DNA of 64,000 nt, taken from Glycera tridactyla (Eukaryota). The notes beneath the pieces were generated by a model that was not told the origin of the DNA, ran no database searches, and was given only the letters and a program-made list of their open reading frames with translations. Position 1 is the first letter of the stretch. Each line of letters starts with the position of its first letter. Position numbers and translations under genes: made by a program. This document shows, one piece after another, positions 1-13,551 of the stretch. The stretch spans positions 40,920,001-40,984,000 of the forward strand of contig OZ286477.1 of assembly GCA_965644265.1 (NCBI GenBank), read 5' to 3'.

Positions 1-250
1 GTCTGTTCTTCTTTCTGTCTCTCTGTCTGTCTGTTCATCTATTTGTCAGATTGGCTCCAAACCCTTGACATATCGAATCAGTAAGTCAGTTGGCAAGTCA
101 GTCAGTAAGTCAGTCAATCGATCTGCTAGACCGTCTATCTATCTGTCTGTCTGTCTGTCTGTATGTCCATTTGTCTGTCTGTACGTCTGTCTGTCTGACA
201 TTTTTCTGTAGGTTGGTGCCTCTCTGACTACCTTCATGCCTGTCTGTTTG
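1..250. repeat. Degenerate (TCTG)n/(TCAG)n microsatellite
   Basis: Runs of tctg/ctgt and gtca visible directly. Confidence 0.85.
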
Positions 251-947
251 CAGAACATCAGCTATCAATGGAATATGGACATCAAAATTTCTCAAAATAA
301 TGTGTGATCTTGTCACCTTTTTATCGCACAATGATCCAAAAAATGACCTGCATTTCTCCCCCGAAATGAGTTCTGTGTAGAGTTGTAGTCAGATGGAGGT
401 ATGTGAGATGGGTAGTCAATAGATCAAACCAGATTGCAGTCATTCAATCAGTCCTCGCCCAGTTTGACTAGGCCATAAATTAGGTGACTTATTGGATTCT
501 GTTGCCATGGCAATAGCTGTCGAATATCGGAGTGACAGAATACCAAATTGCATGCTTTCAAGAGTGAACTAGGAGAGATAATCCTATATATACTATTACA
601 ATAGATGAAACTTCTTTCATCTGAGTAGGTAATTGTGTGAGTCATTCGAAGGGAACATGCTGTAGCTACTTGTTGAAATACAGAAAGATTATCACACAAA
701 GCCCATGATTCCTCGATCAAGAACCATGTCCAGAACACTGAATGTATCACAAACACATGAGATAGATGCCTCCTTTGCCATGGAATATGGTCCAAACCGT
801 GCTCCACAATCAACTTTCATCACAGAAATGAGGTATTTGATGCATATCTGCCCCAAGTCTACCTAGCTTGAATGCACAACTGAAGTTCAGGCTTCATTTT
901 AAGACGATGATGATGTGGTTGATGATGAGATGCTGCTGCTGCTGACA

Positions 948-1300
948 NNNNNNNNNNNNNNNNNNNNNNNNNNNNNNNNNNNNNNNNNNNNNNNNNNNNN
1001 NNNNNNNNNNNNNNNNNNNNNNNNNNNNNNNNNNNNNNNNNNNNNNNNNNNNNNNNNNNNNNNNNNNNNNNNNNNNNNNNNNNNNNNNNNNNNNNNNNNN
1101 NNNNNNNNNNNNNNNNNNNNNNNNNNNNNNNNNNNNNNNNNNNNNNNNNNNNNNNNNNNNNNNNNNNNNNNNNNNNNNNNNNNNNNNNNNNNNNNNNNNN
1201 NNNNNNNNNNNNNNNNNNNNNNNNNNNNNNNNNNNNNNNNNNNNNNNNNNNNNNNNNNNNNNNNNNNNNNNNNNNNNNNNNNNNNNNNNNNNNNNNNNNN
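948..1300. other. Assembly gap (N) next to a (GAT)n/(GCT)n tract
   Basis: N run. Confidence 0.99.
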
Positions 1301-1919
1301 ATAACCAGACAACAAAAGCCAAACTATATTACGTTTTCTCTGTCAGATAGCATGACATCGCAGAATTATGCTCAATCCTGACTGAGGCTGGGTCTAGATA
1401 CAATTGACGAACAACTAATAAGGATCGAGTTGCAATCTTCATATCACTGCCGACTGTTTTCAGAGAATGAATAAACAGCCATTGCTGTAGGATATTGAAC
1501 CGCCTGGAGGGCATGCAGGATCAATCGGTTAACGATGTGAGAGTGTCCTCTGGTAGAAAGGTGGCACATGGAGTGGTTTCAAATGTCAATGAATTGCTGG
1601 TGATATGGTAACAGAATCCTGGTAGACAGCCTGAGCTTGGCCGATGATAGGCCTGTTCACACCCAGCGACGAGATTGATACCAAAATTCGAGGTGAGAGT
1701 AATGAAAAGTCTTCAAACTTAACTATTTACAGAGTACTATTTGAAGAAGTAAATTTTTCTGTGAAATTAGACTGAGAAATCTCCCCCAGATACTGACCGA
1801 GATACATATTTTGCTCACCAGAGACAGATAAATGTATGCTTTTGTGCTCACCAAATAGCACCTGAGATTATTGATACCTCCCAGAATTATAAGAATCTAG
1901 ATCAATCAAACAGATTGTG

Positions 1920-2260
1920 AAAGGAGTAATGAAGAAAGGAAAAGGGGACAGTGAGGGTTGAACAAGAAGAAAAGAGATGAAAAAAGAAAGTGGAGATCTT
2001 CAAAAGTTGTGAAGAGAGTGTGGGCAACTGGCATTAACAGAGAAAAAAAAGAAGGAAGGGAAGAAAAAGAGAGAGATAGAGAGGAACGTGGCAAAGTGAG
2101 TCAGGAATGCTAGCACTGAGAGATAATGAAGGATACGACAGAGGGGGGAAGGGAGAGCGGAGAGAAAGGAGACGGGAGGTACTGACTGAACGTTTAAGGA
2201 AAAGAGATACAAGAGACCTAAAGTGAGATAGATTGAATCGGATTGAAAAATTGAAACAGG
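1920..2260. repeat. GA-rich purine tract (homologous tracts at 3310-3480, 5360-5590, 24160-24360, 55790-56000 and inverted at 45450-45650)
   Basis: Near-pure A/G composition at the same position in each cassette copy. Confidence 0.85.
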
Positions 2261-2939
2261 ATAGAATATGAAATTACTTGCAATAGCTGTTTGGGGTGTC
2301 AGGCATTTTGAATATCACAGTGATTAACATATCATGACACCAACAACCACAATTCACAACTAAACATTCTCTGCAAAGCCAATGCCCCGAGGATTGGGCT
2401 AGTACATCATTCGGCTGAGTGTACTCTGAATGTGGTGAGATAAGTGCTGTTCTCAACTAGCAGCGCTGTTTACTACAGTCAGCAGGGCTCCTCCTTGGAT
2501 GGATGACCAACAAGCCTGGAGAGGCCTGTCGAGGAATGTATTTGTGAAGTCAGGTGAACTTGCTAAGGCTACCAGACTATAATACACTACATTTACATTC
2601 ATATACATAATGGTAGCTCAAAAGATTTCGTTTGTAGTTTGACCCACGACATTCATGCATACTTTCTTGTTGGAATGACCCCCCCCCCTTCCCGCCTCAG
2701 GGCTATGGTCCACAACTGTGATGACCTTCACAAGAGCAAATATCACTTACCTCGAACATGCTGCTTTGATGGAGACTCAAGTGTCTTATTCAGAAGGTTA
2801 TAATGTAAGATGGAGTGTGTGGTTGATGTCTTCTGCGAAATATAACATGGTTGTCCATTCAAAATCGTGACTCGCAAGTGTAAGATATATGCAACACTGG
2901 TGATGCCTACATCAACATTCTGTGATAAACAGGATTCTG

Positions 2940-3185
2940 CATTTCCGTCTGTCTGTCTGGATGTTTGTATGAGCGTATGTCTGTCTCTTCATCTATCTGT
3001 CTGCCTGTTTGTCTGTCTGCCTATGTGCATTTTGATCAGCCTTTCTGTTCCTCTGTCTGTTGTTCTGTCTGTCTTTTGTTCTGCCTATCCGTCTGGATAT
3101 CTGTCTGCCTGCCAGCCCGTCTGCCTGCGTTCCTGCCTGATTACCTGGTCGCCTGCCTGTCTGTTTGTCTGTATGTCTGTCCATG
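2940..3185. repeat. Degenerate (TCTG)n microsatellite
   Basis: Dense tctg/cctg repeats; accounts for ORFs 2867-3253, 2965-3234 and 2993-3184. Confidence 0.85.
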
Positions 3186-3299
3186 TCTTACAGCTGGTCC
3201 ATTTATCAAGTCCCTTCTCAAGTTCGTATCCTAACTCATCTTTTCATGCTTAGATACAAAGAGCCTCGCACCGAGGAAACATAAGGAGTTTTGAAAAAT

Positions 3300-3720
3300 A
3301 GATGGACGACACATTGGCAAAGGGAAGAAGGAGAGATCGGACAGAAAGGAGGAGAAGAAAGTTGGAGAAAAAAGGGGAAATGCCAAAAAAAGCAGAGAAG
3401 GATGATGATGTGAGAGTGAGAGAGACAAAACAAAAGAGAGGGAGGGAGAGAGAGACAGCACGTGACAGAGATCCGAGAAGATTCATCCTGCCTAAGGATT
3501 CTCCCTACATGTCGCTAAATCGCGAGATGACATTCGAGTCATCGATGCGGAAGGCAGGTGTTTTGTTAGGATTGACATATGCATCTGTATATGTGAGTGT
3601 TCGCATTTGTTGGGGCAAGTACAAGGAAAATCCATCAGTGTAGTTGAAGTTGTGTTATCCATGCATCCTTCAGATACACACTTGCTCTCATAATTCAGGG
3701 TCAGGTATAAATATGAATAT
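3300..3720 (-). pseudogene. Cassette copy II (partial: GA tract plus the YESKCVS...TTLMDF.CTCP block)
   Basis: 3555-3720 aligns with 6085-6250, 24655-24790 and 56325-56450. Confidence 0.4.
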
Positions 3721-4579
3721 GCCTCACCCTCGATAGCATTCATGTCGGTCATATCGATAATCAACAATAACCTGCTGCTTGTCAGCAGAATGCCTTATTA
3801 GTTTTTGCGGCTGCCATCACCGAGGCACTTCCACTGCCACTACCAGAATGGGTCGAGGTCATGCTCAACTCATCTCTCTCCCCAACTGTCTGTTGAGTAT
3901 ATCACTGAATGATTGCTCACGTATCGAATGCTCTTCAGGTCATTCACGGGGAATGACGAGAACCCCCCTCATCATCCAGAAATATTGGTATTTTGGAATT
4001 TTTTTGGACATCGGCCGGCAGTAATACTCATATCGACTCAATTTGATTGCCTGATGCCCCTGCATTCAGTATGGATCCACTCCCATCTCCATCTTGGGAC
4101 TTGTTAAAATTCTAGAGAAGAGTAAAGTTCCGTCCGAGTGACTGTTGAAGCAAGATCTATGATAAGTCATGGGGCCAAGTTAGGAGAGGATATATCTAGA
4201 TCTTTCATGAACTTACATTATGAAAAAAATACTACTGGACAGGATTCAGGCATGATCATCACAGTTCACCCTCTCAGTGAGTGAGCAATGTAGAGAAAGT
4301 ATGAATCAGCCTCTGGTGTATGTAATGCCACAGGAAGCTCATGTGGCGTACCTAACCGACAATGGGTTGGAAAACGGTGTTTCACTCAGATATGTTCCTA
4401 TATGTACCATTGAGTGCATTTTCAGATTGCATTGAATATTCCATACATTACTTTACCACTCTGAGATGGATGTATCACCTTTAAGCACTTATGTGAAACT
4501 CTGATCTATTGTTGAAATCCAAATTGGTCCATTGGTGATGTTCCATTATCAGACTGATTTTATAGAAAGTTTGCAGATG

Positions 4580-5956
4580 AGGTGTTATGGACAGTGAAAA
4601 CAATTGTGATGATGATGATTATTGTATTTGGAGTGACGATACACATGATAATGATGATTATACCATTTATAATAACAATATCAAAGACAACTACAAGAAA
4701 CAGTTATGATGATGAAAACGATGATGATAGTAATCATTATACCATGATAATAATGATAATTTTTCTCTTACAGATTTCTGCATCGTGAACAATGTAGAAA
4801 TCGAAAACAGAATGAGTCATGGGAAGCTTTGCGAGAAGATTGTTGGAATAGAAGAGCAAGTTAGGTTGTTCTTGGTGTTGCTACTGGCGGCTGTCAGGGA
4901 AGGCAAATAAAAAACGCAATCGCCGAAGGCGATTGAACCCCCTGAAGGACATGCAGGATCGATTAGTTAATGACACAAGCGACTCTCATCCATGGGAACG
5001 TGGTGCATGAGGTGTGAGTGAATTTAATCTCGACACATGTTAAGTGATAAGGTCACAGAGTCCTGGTGGGGAACTGATGCTGGGCAAATGACTGGCCTAT
5101 CCACATCCAGCCAATAGATCCATACCGAAACTTCAGCTGATTTTGGCTAATCAGAAGTTTCCAAACTTACCAATGGATAGAGTACCATCTGAAGATGGAT
5201 GGGTCTCGGTAGGAGTAGACTGAACCAACTCCTCGAGCTTGCTGACTGTGATACATATCTCTCTCGCTGGAGGCAGACCATAGTTGGCTATCGGCTTTAA
5301 TATCGCCCAGAACCACATAAGCCTTCGAAGTGTATATGTATCTATGTCGAGCAGACTGTGAGTGAGAAAATAGAGAGAGAGAAAGGGAGAGGGAGAGAGA
5401 GAGATGATTGGAGGTTATGTGTGAGGTGGACGAGCCAGGGAAAGTGAGAAATAAAGAATGAGGGCAAAGGAGAAATAATGGGATGAGAATAGAGAGGGAA
5501 AGAGAATGAGAAAAGCTAGCATGGAGAGACATGTCATGGAGAGAGATAGAGGGGAGGAGAGAAAGTGAGAGAAGTTCAGTAAAGTAAGTCATAATTTGGC
5601 CTCATGATAAACACTCGTGCATTAAACTATGTGGGATACAGGTCATCGTCAACAAGTCTGAGGTTTTCCGCTGTAATGGCCAGACATGATGCTTGGGAAC
5701 CTTACACGACCGAATGCTATATTAAGAATGTCAATATGTATGATGAACAGTGTGGAGTTCTCTGGGATATATGACACGCAATACCTTTTAAGAATCGTGA
5801 CTCCTGAAAGTTAAAGATACATTCATCATATCACTAGATAAGGCACGATAGTCAGCATCGTGCGGTATCCATGCCCCATAAACACTCAATTACATTGTCT
5901 GTATGTATGCATGTATATATGTCTGTCTGTCTGTTTGTCTGTCTGTCTCTCTGGAT

Positions 5957-6018
<62 letters not shown>

Positions 6019-6260
6019 GTACAAGTGTAATATGCAAGGCTAATTTCTTGGAATGATACCTGGATGTTGGTGAATGATGGTTGATGTTCGATCTATTTGG
6101 GTTGAAGGCAGGTGTTTTGTAGGGGTGGACAAGTGAGTGTCTGCGTATGTGGGGGGAAGGTACAAAAGAAATCCATCAGCATAGTATAGGTTGTATGATC
6201 CATCCATCCCAGAGAGACACACTTACTCTCATAAATTAGGGTCAGGTATATGATGATAGC
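4580..6260 (-). pseudogene. Cassette copy III
   Basis: Same block order as 23460-24790: (GAT)-rich tract, 4830-5360 block, GA tract, 6085-6250 block. Frame is collinear with copy B but has in-frame stops. Confidence 0.45.
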
Positions 6261-6679
6261 GCTCAATATGAGATGGAAGTTAGGGATGGAATGAGACAAG
6301 AGTACGCATGAATGGCTAACCACATATATACACAATTAATACATTTAACTTTTATATTACTAATCCCACCATTCCCACCCTTATCAGGAATAAGACCTAA
6401 TGTCAGCAGTTATAATACATCCTGACACTAGACATGAGAAGCAGTGATTTTCATCATCTTACGATCAAGCCGTGCAGATAAGAGCAATGGAACAAGTGTA
6501 AAACATTCTATTTCAATACTCGAGATGCTTTCAATAGTGTTTATGAAACGGAATTTGAGGCTGTCTTGTGGCAGCAGCTATTCATGACGTTCATACAAGC
6601 AAACATTCAACTTGATTGACTAACCATCTCCGTAAAGAGGCCAATAGTCCACAAGCGCCAGTTATCATCCGATCGAGGG

Positions 6680-7040
6680 TGTAGCATGCTGGTAATCGCC
6701 GTCCAGCGTGGTGGTTCCCAACCGGGTGGTAATCTAAAATCGAACCACATGGGTGCGAGCCTAGTCACGTGACAAGATCCCGCAACACTGATTCGCCATA
6801 GAACAATCGAGGTCAAGGTTCAGCTGGAAGCAACGCGCTTGCGATAGCGCCATTCTTGGCGGGATTTTCAAACTCAAAAGGCTTTCAAATGTTGAATTTA
6901 GCTTGTCATACAGAAAGATCGGATGCTGGATTAAGAATTCTCCGAGTGTCTGGTGCGGGCAGAAATTACCAGCCGATTGGCGTGTCCCGGGGCAGGCACG
7001 AGTGGCCTGCACGGGGCACTCGGGGCATTCTTAATGAATA
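6680..7040. promoter_or_regulatory. CpG-rich promoter-like motif cluster, repeated in every array unit
   Basis: GTCACGTGAC E-box 6764-6773, CGCCAT YY1-like core 6848-6853, TTGGCGGGA E2F-like 6856-6864, TTCAAA (CHR-like on the minus strand) 6867-6872, reverse CCAAT 6976-6980. Function not shown. Confidence 0.35.
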
Positions 7041-8144
7041 CCTGTCGGCAAAGGTCACATCTATCTTACCATAGGTGGTCCTGTAAGACATGTGTGTACG
7101 ATTCTTCCAAATGACAGCGGTTTAATCTATTGAGATGATAGATCGGAGCTTCTCATCATGGACACACTTATCTGTCGAGGGATCTGAGGGAGACGGGAAC
7201 ACTTCACCCCACTTCATTCCAGGTATTTTTTCTTGGCATACACTGACTAAGTGGAGATAGTACTCTCGATGAGTGTACACACAAAAAACTATCGGATGCT
7301 GTGCGTAACTGGCAGAGCCCACGAGTCCTGGTGGCGGAATCATCCAGATGCTTTTCCAATGAGAGAGTGTGTCAGTTTTCAGGCATGACAGCATCACAGG
7401 GAACATTGAATGTATCTTCATTACTGAAAATGCAGGTGTCAGAAGTATATCTTATCGAGCAATATTTCCAATAAGCGCCTTGGGGCTATCGTCACTCAAG
7501 AGGATTGTGAGTTATACAAAAATTCAAAATTCTGAATGCTTTATTGCATTCAACAAAAGTACTGGCACATAGACAAAGCAGAAAATGTAACACATACTAC
7601 ATACTACGCCTACGTATATGATACGAGTCAATCATCATGTTTGCCCATAGAGAGGCATATAAACAGAGCAAGCAAATATTTATAACATATATAAAGTGAG
7701 GCAGGTAAATGTGGGAGGGCAAGATTCAATATAGCCTGATTAGGTGCAGCCCCCTTTTTTGGCCGGGGCTATCTCTGAAGGCTGATTTCCATACAAATGT
7801 ACCAAGAAATACTGATAAAGTAGGGCGGCTGAGCCATTGATGTCCATGATCTATCTATACAATCAATTCAAATTTTTCATTCAATGGATAGACCAATTTC
7901 GGCACGAATGCAAGGCAGGTGACACACAATCATATATGAATTTTCTCAGGCTAGTTGATTCGTGCCTAACTGTGGTTATTCTCATCTCCCTGTAGGGTAG
8001 ACAATACTGAAGGAATCACATGAAATGCAGGTATGCCAACAGTACTAATACGTTGCCATTATTTCCCAACCAGTCAATCACACAATAGAACTAGCAATCT
8101 ATATCAAACATTGTACTCAGGGTTTCTCTGTATTTTGCCTTCAG

Positions 8145-8373
8145 GTGAGCTCATCATTGTGTCTCATGCTTGTGCACTGCATAAAACTTTGCATATTTCA
8201 TTCCTCCTCCCAACACATGTAAGTACATATTTCTTTCTCCTACCATGCAGGAACATTTCACCCTTCATCTTCGCTCCTCCTTGGCAGATGGTCTGATTCA
8301 GCCTAATCAAGTGCAGAACGTGGACCTAAAACCTCAACATTTCATCTCATTTTCTCCCCTCTCCCCCGCATAG
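8145..8373 (+). other. Putative GT-AG intron, repeated in each unit
   Basis: CAG|GTGAG donor at 8145 and pyrimidine tract + TAG|C at 8371-8373. Donor and acceptor are also canonical in the inverted paralog at 50416-50526. Confidence 0.45.
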
Positions 8374-9675
8374 CCTGGGTTAACATACTGGTTGTGAAAA
8401 GACACATTTGAATATCACCCAGCATGGTTGATATCACGGGGACAGGTCCTGTCGAAGTGAGATGCATTATTCTGCATCGGGGTGGGTGGATGTGGTCATG
8501 GTGAGGGATGCAATGTCAAGGAGTTCAAAATAAACATATGATCAGTGGCAGCGGCCATGATGGACGGTCTCTCTGAAACCTGATCAGTTCAACAGCACCC
8601 TGGTTGGAATGCCAATGCACAATGCTCATCACTCGAGTGATCTACTTCTAGCTTGGTCCATAGGCCATACACTAACACCTGTCACTGCCGCCCCCACACC
8701 TTACACTGCTGATATCATCATACTATCCCTGCATACATCCCCTTCCCTGCTTCCGCTACAATCCCCGATCTTGAACCTGCTCTACCGATATGTCGAAAAT
8801 ACTATTGGTTTATCATTCAGTTTCAGCTGACAGTTAGCTTATTATTCAATCGTCCACCTGTCTGCTAGCCTATCGGTGTGTTTGAGTGTGTTTTCATGTT
8901 TTTATGTCTGTCTATCCATTGTACAGCCACTCAGATGATGGGTCTCGGTAGGAGTAGACTGAACCAACTCCTCGAGCTTGCTGACTGTGATACATATCTC
9001 TCTCGCTGGAGGCAGACCATAGTTGGCTATCGGCTTTAATATCGCCCAGAACCACATAAGCCTTCGAAGTGTATATGTATCTATGTCGAGCAGACTGTGA
9101 GTGAGAAAATAGAGAGAGAGAAAGGGAGAGGGAGAGAGAGAGAGATAGAGAGGGAGTGCGAGAGAGAGAGGATTGGAGGTTATGTGTGAGGTGGACGAGC
9201 CAGGGAAAGTGAGAAATAAAGAATGAGGGCAAAGGAGAAATAATGGGATGAGAATAGAGAGGGAAAGAGAATGAGAAAAGCTAGCATGGAGAGACATGTC
9301 ATGGAGAGAGATAGAGGGGAGGAGAGAAAGTGAGAGAAGTTCAGTAAAGTAAGTCATAATTTGGCCTCATGATAAACACTCGTGCATTAAACTATGTGGG
9401 ATACAGGTCATCGTCAACAAGTCTGAGGTTTTCCGCTGTAATGGCCAGACATGATGCTTGGGAACCTTACACGACCGAATGCTATATTAAGAATGTCAAT
9501 ATGTATGATGAACAGTGTGGAGTTCTCTGGGATATATGACACGCAATACCTTTTAAGAATCGTGACTCCTGAAAGTTAAAGATACATTCATCATATCACT
9601 AGATAAGGCACGATAGTCAGCATCGTGCGGTATCCATGCCCCATAAACACTCAATTACATTGTCTGTATGTATGC

Positions 9676-9806
9676 NNNNNNNNNNNNNNNNNNNNNNNNN
9701 NNNNNNNNNNNNNNNNNNNNNNNNNNNNNNNNNNNNNNNNNNNNNNNNNNNNNNNNNNNNNNNNNNNNNNNNNNNNNNNNNNNNNNNNNNNNNNNNNNNN
9801 NNNNNN
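9676..9806. other. Assembly gap over the TCTG/GA microsatellite of unit 2
   Basis: N run; the equivalent 121 bp is resolved in unit 3. Confidence 0.99.
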
Positions 9807-12800
9807 GGCTAATTTCTTGGAATGATACCTGGATGTTGGTGAATGATGGTTGATGTTCGATCTATTTGGGTTGAAGGCAGGTGTTTTGTAGGGGTGGACA
9901 AGTGAGTGTCTGCGTATGTGGGGGGAAGGTACAAAAGAAATCCATCAGCATAGTATAGGTTGTATGATCCATCCATCCCAGAGAGACACACTTACTCTCA
10001 TAAATTAGGGTCAGGTATATGATGATAGCGCTCAATATGAGATGGAAGTTAGGGATGGAATGAGACAAGAGTACGCATGAATGGCTAACCACATATATAC
10101 ACAATTAATACATTTAACTTTTATATTACTAATCCCACCATTCCCACCCTTATCAGGAATAAGACCTAATGTCAGCAGTTATAATACATCCTGACACTAG
10201 ACATGAGAAGCAGTGATTTTCATCATCTTACGATCAAGCCGTGCAGATAAGAGCAATGGAACAAGTGTAAAACATTCTATTTCAATACTCGAGATGCTTT
10301 CAATAGTGTTTATGAAACGGAATTTGAGGCTGTCTTGTGGCAGCAGCTATTCATGACGTTCATACAAGCAAACATTCAACTTGATTGACTAACCATCTCC
10401 GTAAAGAGGCCAATAGTCCACAAGCGCCAGTTATCATCCGATCGAGGGTGTAGCATGCTGGTAATCGCCGTCCAGCGTGGTGGTTCCCAACCGGGTGGTA
10501 ATCTAAAATCGAACCACATGGGTGCGAGCCTAGTCACGTGACAAGATCCCGCAACACTGATTCGCCATAGAACAATCGAGGTCAAGGTTCAGCTGGAAGC
10601 AACGCGCTTGCGATAGCGCCATTCTTGGCGGGATTTTCAAACTTAAAAGGCTTTCAAATGTTGAATTTAGCTTGTCATACAGAAAGATCGGATGCTGGAT
10701 TAAGAATTCTCCGAGTGTCTGGTGCGGGCAGAAATTACCAGCCGATTGGCGTGTCCCGGGGCAGGCACGAGTGGCCTGCACGGGGCACTCGGGGCATTCT
10801 TAATGAATACCTGTCGGCAAAGGTCACATCTATCTTACCATAGGTGGTCCTGTAAGACATGTGTGTACGATTCTTCCAAATGACAGCGGTTTAATCTATT
10901 GAGATGATAGATCGGAGCTTCTCATCATGGACACACTTATCTGTCGAGGGATCTGAGGGAGACGGGAACACTTCACCCCACTTCATTCCAGGTATTTTTT
11001 CTTGGCATACACTGACTAAGTGGAGATAGTACTCTCGATGAGTGTACACACAAAAAACTATCGGATGCTGTGCGTAACTGGCAGAGCCCACGAGTCCTGG
11101 TGGCGGAATCATCCAGATGCTTTTCCAATGAGAGAGTGTGTCAGTTTTCAGGCATGACAGCATCACAGGGAACATTGAATGTATCTTCATTACTGAAAAT
11201 GCAGGTGTCAGAAGTATATCTTATCGAGCAATATTTCCAATAAGCGCCTTGGGGCTATCGTCACTCAAGAGGATTGTGAGTTATACAAAAATTCAAAATT
11301 CTGAATGCTTTATTGCATTCAACAAAAGTACTGGCACATAGACAAAGCAGAAAATGTAACACATACTACATACTACGCCTACGTATATGATACGAGTCAA
11401 TCATCATGTTTGCCCATAGAGAGGCATATAAACAGAGCAAGCAAATATTTATAACATATATAAAGTGAGGCAGGTAAATGTGGGAGGGCAAGATTCAATA
11501 TAGCCTGATTAGGTGCAGCCCCCTTTTTTGGCCGGGGCTATCTCTGAAGGCTGATTTCCATACAAATGTACCAAGAAATACTGATAAAGTAGGGCGGCTG
11601 AGCCATTGATGTCCATGATCTATCTATACAATCAATTCAAATTTTTCATTCAATGGATAGACCAATTTCGGCACGAATGCAAGGCAGGTGACACACAATC
11701 ATATATGAATTTTCTCAGGCTAGTTGATTCGTGCCTAACTGTGGTTATTCTCATCTCCCTGTAGGGTAGACAATACTGAAGGAATCACATGAAATGCAGG
11801 TATGCCAACAGTACTAATACGTTGCCATTATTTCCCAACCAGTCAATCACACAATAGAACTATCAATCTATATCAAACATTGTACTCAGGGTTTCTCTGT
11901 ATTTTGCCTTCAGGTGAGCTCATCATTGTGTCTCATGCTTGTGCACTGCATAAAACTTTGCATATTTCATTCCTCCTCCCAACACATGTAAGTACATATT
12001 TCTTTCTCCTACCATGCAGGAACATTTCACCCTTCATCTTCGCTCCTCCTTGGCAGATGGTCTGATTCAGCCTAATCAAGTGCAGAACGTGGACCTAAAA
12101 CCTCAACATTTCATCTCATTTTCTCCCCTCTCCCCCGCATAGCCTGGGTTAACATACTGGTTGTGAAAAGACACATTTGAATATCACCCAGCATGGTTGA
12201 TATCACGGGGACAGGTCCTGTCGAAGTGAGATGCATTATTCTGCATCGGGGTGGGTGGATGTGGTCATGGTGAGGGATGCAATGTCAAGGAGTTCAAAAT
12301 AAACATATGATCAGTGGCAGCGGCCATGATGGACGGTCTCTCTGAAACCTGATCAGTTTAACAGCACCCTGGTTGGAATGCCAATGCACAATGCTCATCA
12401 CTCGAGTGATCTACTTCTAGCTTGGTCCATAGGCCATACACTAACACCTGTCACTGCCGCCCCCACACCTTACACTGCTGATATCATCATACTATCCCTG
12501 CATACATCCCCTTCCCTGCTTCCGCTACAATCCCCGATCTTGAACCTGCTCTACCGATATGTCGAAAATACTATTGGTTTATCATTCAGTTTCAGCTGAC
12601 AGTTAGCTTATTATTCAATCGTCCACCTGTCTGCTAGCCTATCGGTGTGTTTGAGTGTGTTTTCATGTTTTTATGTCTGTCTATCCATTGTACAGCCACT
12701 CAGATGATGGGTCTCGGTAGGAGTAGACTGAACCAACTCCTCGAGCTTGCTGACTGTGATACATATCTCTCTCGCTGGAGGCAGACCATAGTTGGCTATC

Positions 12801-13491
12801 GGCTTTAATATCGCCCAGAACCACATAAGCCTTCGAAGTGTATATGTATCTATGTCGAGCAGACTGTGAGTGAGAAAATAGAGAGAGAGAAAGGGAGAGG
12901 GAGAGAGAGAGAGATAGAGAGGGAGTGCGAGAGAGAGAGGATTGGAGGTTATGTGTGAGGTGGACGAGCCAGGGAAAGTGAGAAATAAAGAATGAGGGCA
13001 AAGGAGAAATAATGGGATGAGAATAGAGAGGGAAAGAGAATGAGAAAAGCTAGCATGGAGAGACATGTCATGGAGAGAGATAGAGGGGAGGAGAGAAAGT
13101 GAGAGAAGTTCAGTAAAGTAAGTCATAATTTGGCCTCATGATAAACACTCGTGCATTAAACTATGTGGGATACAGGTCATCGTCAACAAGTCTGAGGTTT
13201 TCCGCTGTAATGGCCAGACATGATGCTTGGGAACCTTACACGACCGAATGCTATATTAAGAATGTCAATATGTATGATGAACAGTGTGGAGTTCTCTGGG
13301 ATATATGACACGCAATACCTTTTAAGAATCGTGACTCCTGAAAGTTAAAGATACATTCATCATATCACTAGATAAGGCACGATAGTCAGCATCGTGCGGT
13401 ATCCATGCCCCATAAACACTCAATTACATTGTCTGTATGTATGCATGTATATATGTCTGTCTGTCTGTTTGTCTGTCTGTCTCTCTGGATT

Positions 13492-13551
<60 letters not shown>

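Larger units (their letters stand above)
300..2400 (-). pseudogene. Cassette copy I of a decayed multi-copy gene-like unit (product unknown)
   Basis: Blocks 390-520, 1490-1900 and 2290-2345 align by eye with 20590-20730, 23740-24160 and 24430-24480. Minus-frame peptide LVAGCEQAYHRPSSGCLPGFCYH...SLTD*SCM is collinear with other copies and contains stops. Confidence 0.4.

Noticed and set aside
1490-1690. GFCYHITSNSLTFE / CPSGGSIAFGDC resemble a C-type lectin N-terminus
   Set aside because: The two motifs are in different frames, paralogs do not keep the pattern, and WIGL/WxDG are absent.
5165-5170. GTAAG after ...TLSI as a minus-strand splice donor of a discrete exon
   Set aside because: The downstream sequence stays collinear and in frame across copies (GGT AAG = Gly-Lys), the implied intron would be only ~40 nt, and the upstream AG acceptor exists only in copy III.
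6697-6750. LPPGWE in ORF 6607-6816 resembles the start of a WW domain
   Set aside because: The rest of the WW signature (YYxN/H, TxW, P) is absent; six residues can match by chance.
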